24,601 nt of DNA from Fonticula alba ATCC 38817 (Eukaryota > Protista > Nucleariida): NCBI GenBank assembly GCA_000388065.2, contig KB932215.1; one strand, written 5' to 3'. The notes beneath the pieces were generated by a model. The model did no database searches. It saw only the letters and a list, made by a program, of their open reading frames with translations, and had not been told where the DNA came from. A program made the translations under genes and the position numbers. Shown here in pieces: positions 19,463 through 24,601 of the stretch (position 1 is its first letter; each line of letters opens with the position of its first letter).

Positions 19463-22400
19463 CTACTGGGCGAGCAGGGCATCGGGACACCTCCCGGCAG
19501 GGGGGACGACGGGGGCCGGGCTGGCGGCCTCCGCCTGGGTCGGGGAGTCCTCCTTGTCGGAGGTGGGAGTCCCCGGGGCGGGGATCTCCTCGGAGCCGCC
19601 GAGTTCGGCGGCGCCAGATCGCCCGGCCTCCCCGGCCGGGGCCCCGATCGACGCGTCCAAGGTCCGCTCCGGGGACTGGCCGCCATCCCTGGCCATGGAC
19701 GGCGGCGCGCGCCGGGAGTAGAACTCCACATTGGCGAGGGACATCGGCCGGTAGGAGTAGAACTGCCGCGGGGCGCCATCCGGGGTGTCCTCATCCAGGG
19801 CACACAAGTCCATTTGGTGGCGAATCCAACTGAGCAAGCCGGCCAGCGGCTTACTCGGGATCAGGGTCAGCGCCTGGTTTGAGGCAAGATGGACCTGGGA
19901 GCAGGGAAGGGGGGGGGGGGGGAGGAGGGGCGAGCCAGCAATGGGTCAGGCAATTGGTATGGGGCACAGCCCATCAAAAGCAGCAGCAGCAGCCTGTGCA
20001 TGAGATCCCAGGCGGAGTGTGCGTGTGTGTGTGTGCGTGGGCGTGGGCGTGCGCGTGTGCGTGTGCGTGGGCGTGGGGAGGAGGGAGGAAAAGACAGGCA
20101 GACGTACCGCGCTTAGCAGGCGCTGGAGGAACAGATAGTACGGGGTGTTCAGGCCGGACACATGTGCCATTGGAGAGAGACCGCCGGGGGTGGCGGTGGC
20201 GGTCCCCCCGGCGCCCGCGGCCCCCGGCGTGGCGGCGCGCAAGGACGGGGTCCGCGACAATGGCGGCGAATGCGACAGCGAGAAGCTAGACGAGCTGGCA
20301 TAGGAGTAGCGCGAGAGTGTGGGAGCCGGCTGCGCAGGGAGCTGCCCGGAGAAGGACCCGGGGCGCGAGGAGCTGGGCGTGCTGTCAGCCGGGAAGGGAG
20401 GAGGGGAGGGCAGTGCCCGCACACGGAGGGGCAGCATCACCTTGTCAGAGGGGGGGGGGGCAGGAGGGGGAAAGAGAGGGCGATGCCGGCACACATGGAG
20501 GGGACCATGGGGAACGAAAGGGAGAAAAGGCGAGAGAGAGAGAGAGGGGGGGAGAGGGAGGCCAGACGCACGTTGGCCCGGAGCCGAAGGATGGCCGAAG
20601 GACGCGCGCCAGATCCATGAAGAGTGGACCATTGGCCAGGTGGGCCTCCGGGATTGCCGAGTACGCGAGCACCAGGGAGGCCAGATGCAGCGCCAGCCAC
20701 AATGCCGGGTGGGGGTTCGGATCCTCCTTGGAGGTGGCTGGACGCACGGCAGCCGGGGCAGGGGGAGGAAGACATGTCAGACACCCGGGGAGCCTCGTCA
20801 AGAAAAAAAAACACCCCCCCGCGAGTGGCCCACGCGTATGGGCAAGAGCCCCGCAGATGAGGGGGGAGGGGCAAAGCAACGCACAGGCCTGGTGATCAAA
20901 CAGGGGAGACAGTGTGAAGGGACCAACCGAGTCGTGCTTCAGCACGGCCGACGCCCGACTCGAGGAGAATGTCCCGGATGCCAGGCGGTTGAAGAGCCGG
21001 ATGGAGGGCGATCGGGAGACCAGGTCGCCCGGGTCGGCGTGCACCGCCACCGGGAAAATCCGCAGGAGCTCCTCCAGCAAGGATGCCCGGCGGGCCGACA
21101 GGAGCCGGAACTGCTCGACGGCGAGGGAGCTGTGTGCGTGTGTGCGTGTGTGTGCGAGAGAGAGCGTGTGTGTTGGCGTGTCCGGTGTGGCCGGTGTGTG
21201 CGTGCGCGTGTGTTGGCGTGTCCGGTGTGGGCATGCGCATGGAAAGGAACGTGAGTGGCACAGGGGGAATCGGCACGTGAGTGAAGCGTGCAAGGGCCCT
21301 GGGCGCACCGAACGGAGAGGATGCCCGACTCGGCGTGAATGTTCCGCGCGGCCAGCAGGGCAGATGTCGCGGCGTCGGCCTCCTGCAGGTCTCGGAGCTG
21401 CTGGATCTGCTGGCGCTTGGCGGCAACCTTGGCACGAACTGCGGGGAAGACCAGCACGCAAGCACATCCCGCGGCCCGCGGTCCCCCGCCCGCCCACCAT
21501 GGCGGATGTGAGGGTCAGACAAATGCCGGCAGGTGCAAGGGAAGGGCGCTGAATGGGGGCAATCCGGGTGCGTACGCGTGTCTCGATGGCGAGTGAGGCG
21601 CTGGAGGCGCTCGGCGGCCCGCTGCCGGCGCAGGGCCGCCGTCAGCAGGGCGTCCATGCAGGCGGCGGCGCCCGGGTCCGGCAGGACCACCGACTCGACC
21701 GACTCCGCCAGGAAGCGGCTGGGTCCCTCGATGCACTCGTTCGCCGGCCGGGCATCCCCCCGGGAAGAGGGCGACAGAGGAGGGCCACTGGCGGGGATCC
21801 CGAGAAGCGGGTCGAGGGAACGGCGCTTCCTTTCCAGGGCGTCCATCCGGGCATTGAAATGACGCACCAAGCGACACAGGCTGGCCGGGGGGGGAGGGGG
21901 GGGAACGGACAAAGTCAGCGCGAGCCGCCAATGCAGATGCAAGGAAGAGGGCCCCAAGGCGGGAAGCCCCAGGAAGGTACCCGATCAGTCGCCAGCTGAG
22001 AGATGTGTCGTGCACATGGTCGTCACTGTCGAAGTGGCGCTGGAACAGGGCAAGCGACGGCCCGGGGCCGGCATCCTGGGCCACCTCGACAAAGGAATCG
22101 GACGACAGCGACGTGTGGAGCCCCAGCGATCGGGAAGCCGTGGGGTAATCCTGGTCGGAGGGGGGCTCGGGCGATGGCGCGGGCGAGGCGTCCGGCGACG
22201 ATTGCGGCGCCTCGGTGACAAAGGTATCGCCGGCCAAATTGATCAGCATCTCCGGCTCGTCCAAGCCGGAGGCGCCTGTGGACATGGCCAAGAGCCGGAG
22301 CTCCGGCGCCAGGGCCGGATCGCCGGAGGGCTGGGCCCCGTACAGGCGAAACTGCGACACCAGCAGCAGCGATCGGGGATGCAGCGAGCACACGCGCACC

Positions 22401-23655
22401 GTGGCCGGCAGGGAGGCCGGCTCGGCCGGCACCATCTGGAAGGGGAAGGGCCCGGCCTCGGCCAGGGCCTCACTCGCCAGCGGAGGGGCAAGATCGGCGG
22501 CCAATCCGCCCGGCAGGGGGACCTCGCTGTGGGGGGGGGCGCTGGTGCCGGGGGCATCGGACCCCTCGGCCGGCCAGGGCCCCTGGTGTAGGGACAGCGT
22601 GGCGAAGTCCACCGGGAAGTGGTACACCTGCAGGGGCTCATCCGTCGAGGGGCTCACGCCCAGGAAGAAGGACATGTCTGGTGGGCAGTCCCAGGGTGGG
22701 GGGGAGAGAAGGAGAGAATGGGGAGCGGCGGAGGGGAGGCGAAAGGGGGGCCCCGGGCCGGTCAGCACATCCGAGCAAGGAGGCAGGCGAGCGGGGGGGG
22801 GGGGAGGCAAGGTGCGCACGCTGGACCCCGTGGGTGTTGGACAGGAGCGCGCGGCGCTCGATCGGCCAGTAGATGGAGTTCTGGGAGGCAGGCAGGAGGG
22901 GCCGGAGTGAGTGCGAGGGGGAATGGCGGGGGCGGGGCCGGGCAGGCCAAAAAGCAAGATGGGCAAGCCGGCGGCGCACGGAGTCGACGTCCACCGAGGC
23001 GGACCCGGCCACCACACACGGCCGACCGGAGGGCGTGGCCCCGAGCAGGCGCTCGTGGAGGAACCCGAGCACCGGCTCGCTGAAGGTCCCAAGCAGGTCC
23101 GGGTGCACGCGGTCAAAGGGGCAGTATGCGGCGTGCAGGGGCGCGCGCGAGGCGCACAACGACGGCGGCGCCAGCAGGTCCAGCGAGTGGGCAAAGTGCG
23201 CCGGCCCGTCCGGCAGGAGGCCCGGGCTTTCGGGCGCCCCGGCCGCTCCGGCCGCGTGGAATACCAGCGCCGCATAGATGAAGGGCTCGTCGGCGGTGTG
23301 CAGCGCGGCGACGCCCTCCGGGCCGAAGGCCGGGTCGTCCAGGTGCACGCGCACGCCCTGCATCTGGGTTTGGAAGAGCTGGCATGGAGGTGGGGGGGGG
23401 GGGGGGGGGGGCCGGGGGGGGGGGGACCGAAGGGGGAGGTCAGGCGCGGGCGCCGGCGCGGGCGTTAGCACCACCATGGCCCCGGCGGTGCCGGTGGTGG
23501 TGGTGCCGGTGGTGGAACTGATGGCAGGAGTGGATGCGCACGGAAAAGGGGTCGAACAGGGGGCGCGTCGACTGGGGGCCAAATGGGGTCCCGCTCAAGC
23601 CCGCCAGCGAGCCCCCGGCGTCGGGCATCGCCAGGAGGGCCGTCGGCGGCGGCAT
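19463..23655 (-). CDS. UVRAG/VPS38-like: Divergent UVRAG/Vps38 (Atg14/UVRAG family) class III PI3K complex subunit-like; inferred exons 23655-23542, 23378-22980, 22880-22820, 22677-21981, 21880-21576, 21438-21309, 21129-20834, 20737-20572, 20381-20108 and 19894-19463 (about 957 aa)
   Basis: All nine inferred GT-AG introns are phase-compatible and the exons total 2874 nt. A coiled coil ends in ARRASLLEELLRIFPV (UVRAG RCRQLLSELSYIYPI), followed by LICG (FVCG), ALWLALHLASLVLAYSAIP (ALGYTAHLVSMISFFLQVP) and FLQRLLSAVHLASNQALTL (FDYGVYLLNKNIAQL). C2-region-like blocks: VYHFPVDFATLSL and PEMLINLAGDTFV (NEIIFGLNDGYY). Similarity is weak and judged by eye; start and end are less certain. Confidence 0.62.
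21168..21230 (+). repeat. 23-bp direct repeat with 40-bp period in a UVRAG-like intron
   Basis: gtgtgttggcgtgtccggtgtgg at 21168-21190 and 21208-21230, within GT-rich microsatellite-like sequence. Confidence 0.85.
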
Positions 23656-24601
23656 CGGCGCTGGGTCGAGACGACGGGGGGGGGGGGGGCGGGGGGCAGG
23701 AAGAGGCACGCAGGAGCAGGGGAGGGGCGAATCTTGGGAGGGGATGGGTGGCAAGGGGGTCTGGTCGGAGTGGCACCTTCCCCGGTCGCGGTGCGGCGTC
23801 CCCTGAATGGCGAGCGCCGGACTGTCTTCTGCCGCGGGAGTCGCGCCGGCCCCTCTCTCCCGCGCCGGCCCCCCGCCCCCTGGGCTCCTCCCGGCTCCAT
23901 GCCGCCGCCAATGCACATCAGCCCACGAACCTGAGACGTCCCCGGGCGGGGGGGGAGAGGCGCCTCGGTGCGTTTTCCGTGTGCCGGGATCGCACGTTCA
24001 GTCGCGGTCGCCTGGGAGTCTCTCGGGCCCGGTTGGGGGCGGCGGGCGGGCCCCAGGGGCGCGTGCCCTTGTTTCCCCCCTTCCCGGGTGGGAGTCGCGC
24101 TCCTGGGGGCGGGGAGCGGCGTCCCGCCCCCCCCCCCCCCCAACGCCAGACACACGAGCACACGCTCGCCAGGAATCAACAAACACCGGAGCGGAAGACC
24201 CGCTGCATATAGGGGCTGCGCGCATTGTTATTGTCGACAACAGCCGGGCCGGGCCGGGCCGGGCCGGGGGGGAAGGTGGGGGGATGTGGGGGTTGCCGCG
24301 CCATCGGGCGGGTACGGGCGGGCGCGGGGCGCCGCCGCGGGGGGCATCAGCGCGGCCCGGCTCGGCAGGCGCCGAAGCAGCCAACGGACCTGACGCATAA
24401 GTGGGCGTGACCCGATCACATGAGACCCCGGTGCCGGTGGACGGGGAGGCCGGCGCACTGAATCGTTGGCTGGCCGGTTTGCGCGCCGCGGCGCGCAGGG
24501 CGATCTTGCCGGCCGGCGCGGCTGGCGGTCACCGCGGTGGCAGCGCCGGCCCCCCGCGCGCCTTCACGCGGCTGGCCCGGGGGCACACCGCGCCTTGGGC
24601 G

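Noticed and set aside
21168-21230. Spaced direct repeats as a CRISPR-like array
   Set aside because: Only two copies, microsatellite-derived, inside a eukaryotic intron, with no cas genes.
22950-22980. VRRRLAHL resembling the UVRAG N-terminal RRLRHL motif
   Set aside because: It begins exactly at a GTGCGC donor and lies in a pyrimidine-rich, phase-0 99-nt intron, out of the expected motif order, so it is likely coincidental (intron retention not excluded).

Overview
GC-rich eukaryotic draft-genome window with six N-gaps, poly-C/poly-G tracts and (CA)n/(CT)n-rich introns. The style and the opisthokont-type proteins suggest a unicellular opisthokont, most like Fonticula alba (inference only). 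Six intron-containing genes can be reconstructed by hand: squalene synthase (-, 1540-2700 plus a missing first exon) head-to-head with sterol 14-alpha-demethylase CYP51 (+, 6045-8034); a PIN/PILS-like auxin-efflux-carrier-family transporter (-, 9110-12031); a thimet-oligopeptidase-like M3 peptidase (-, 13325-17003); a 100-aa complexin-like protein ending in a CAAX box (-, 18426-18781), visible only after splicing a 53-nt intron; and a divergent UVRAG/Vps38-like gene (-, about 19463-23655). The most striking observations are the complexin-like SNARE regulator in an apparently non-animal genome, the divergent SQS/CYP51 sterol gene pair, and a 5' splice-site consensus GTRCGY (+4 C in 16 of 17 inferred donors). 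Almost all long ORFs in the supplied track are GC-rich shadows or read through N-gaps.
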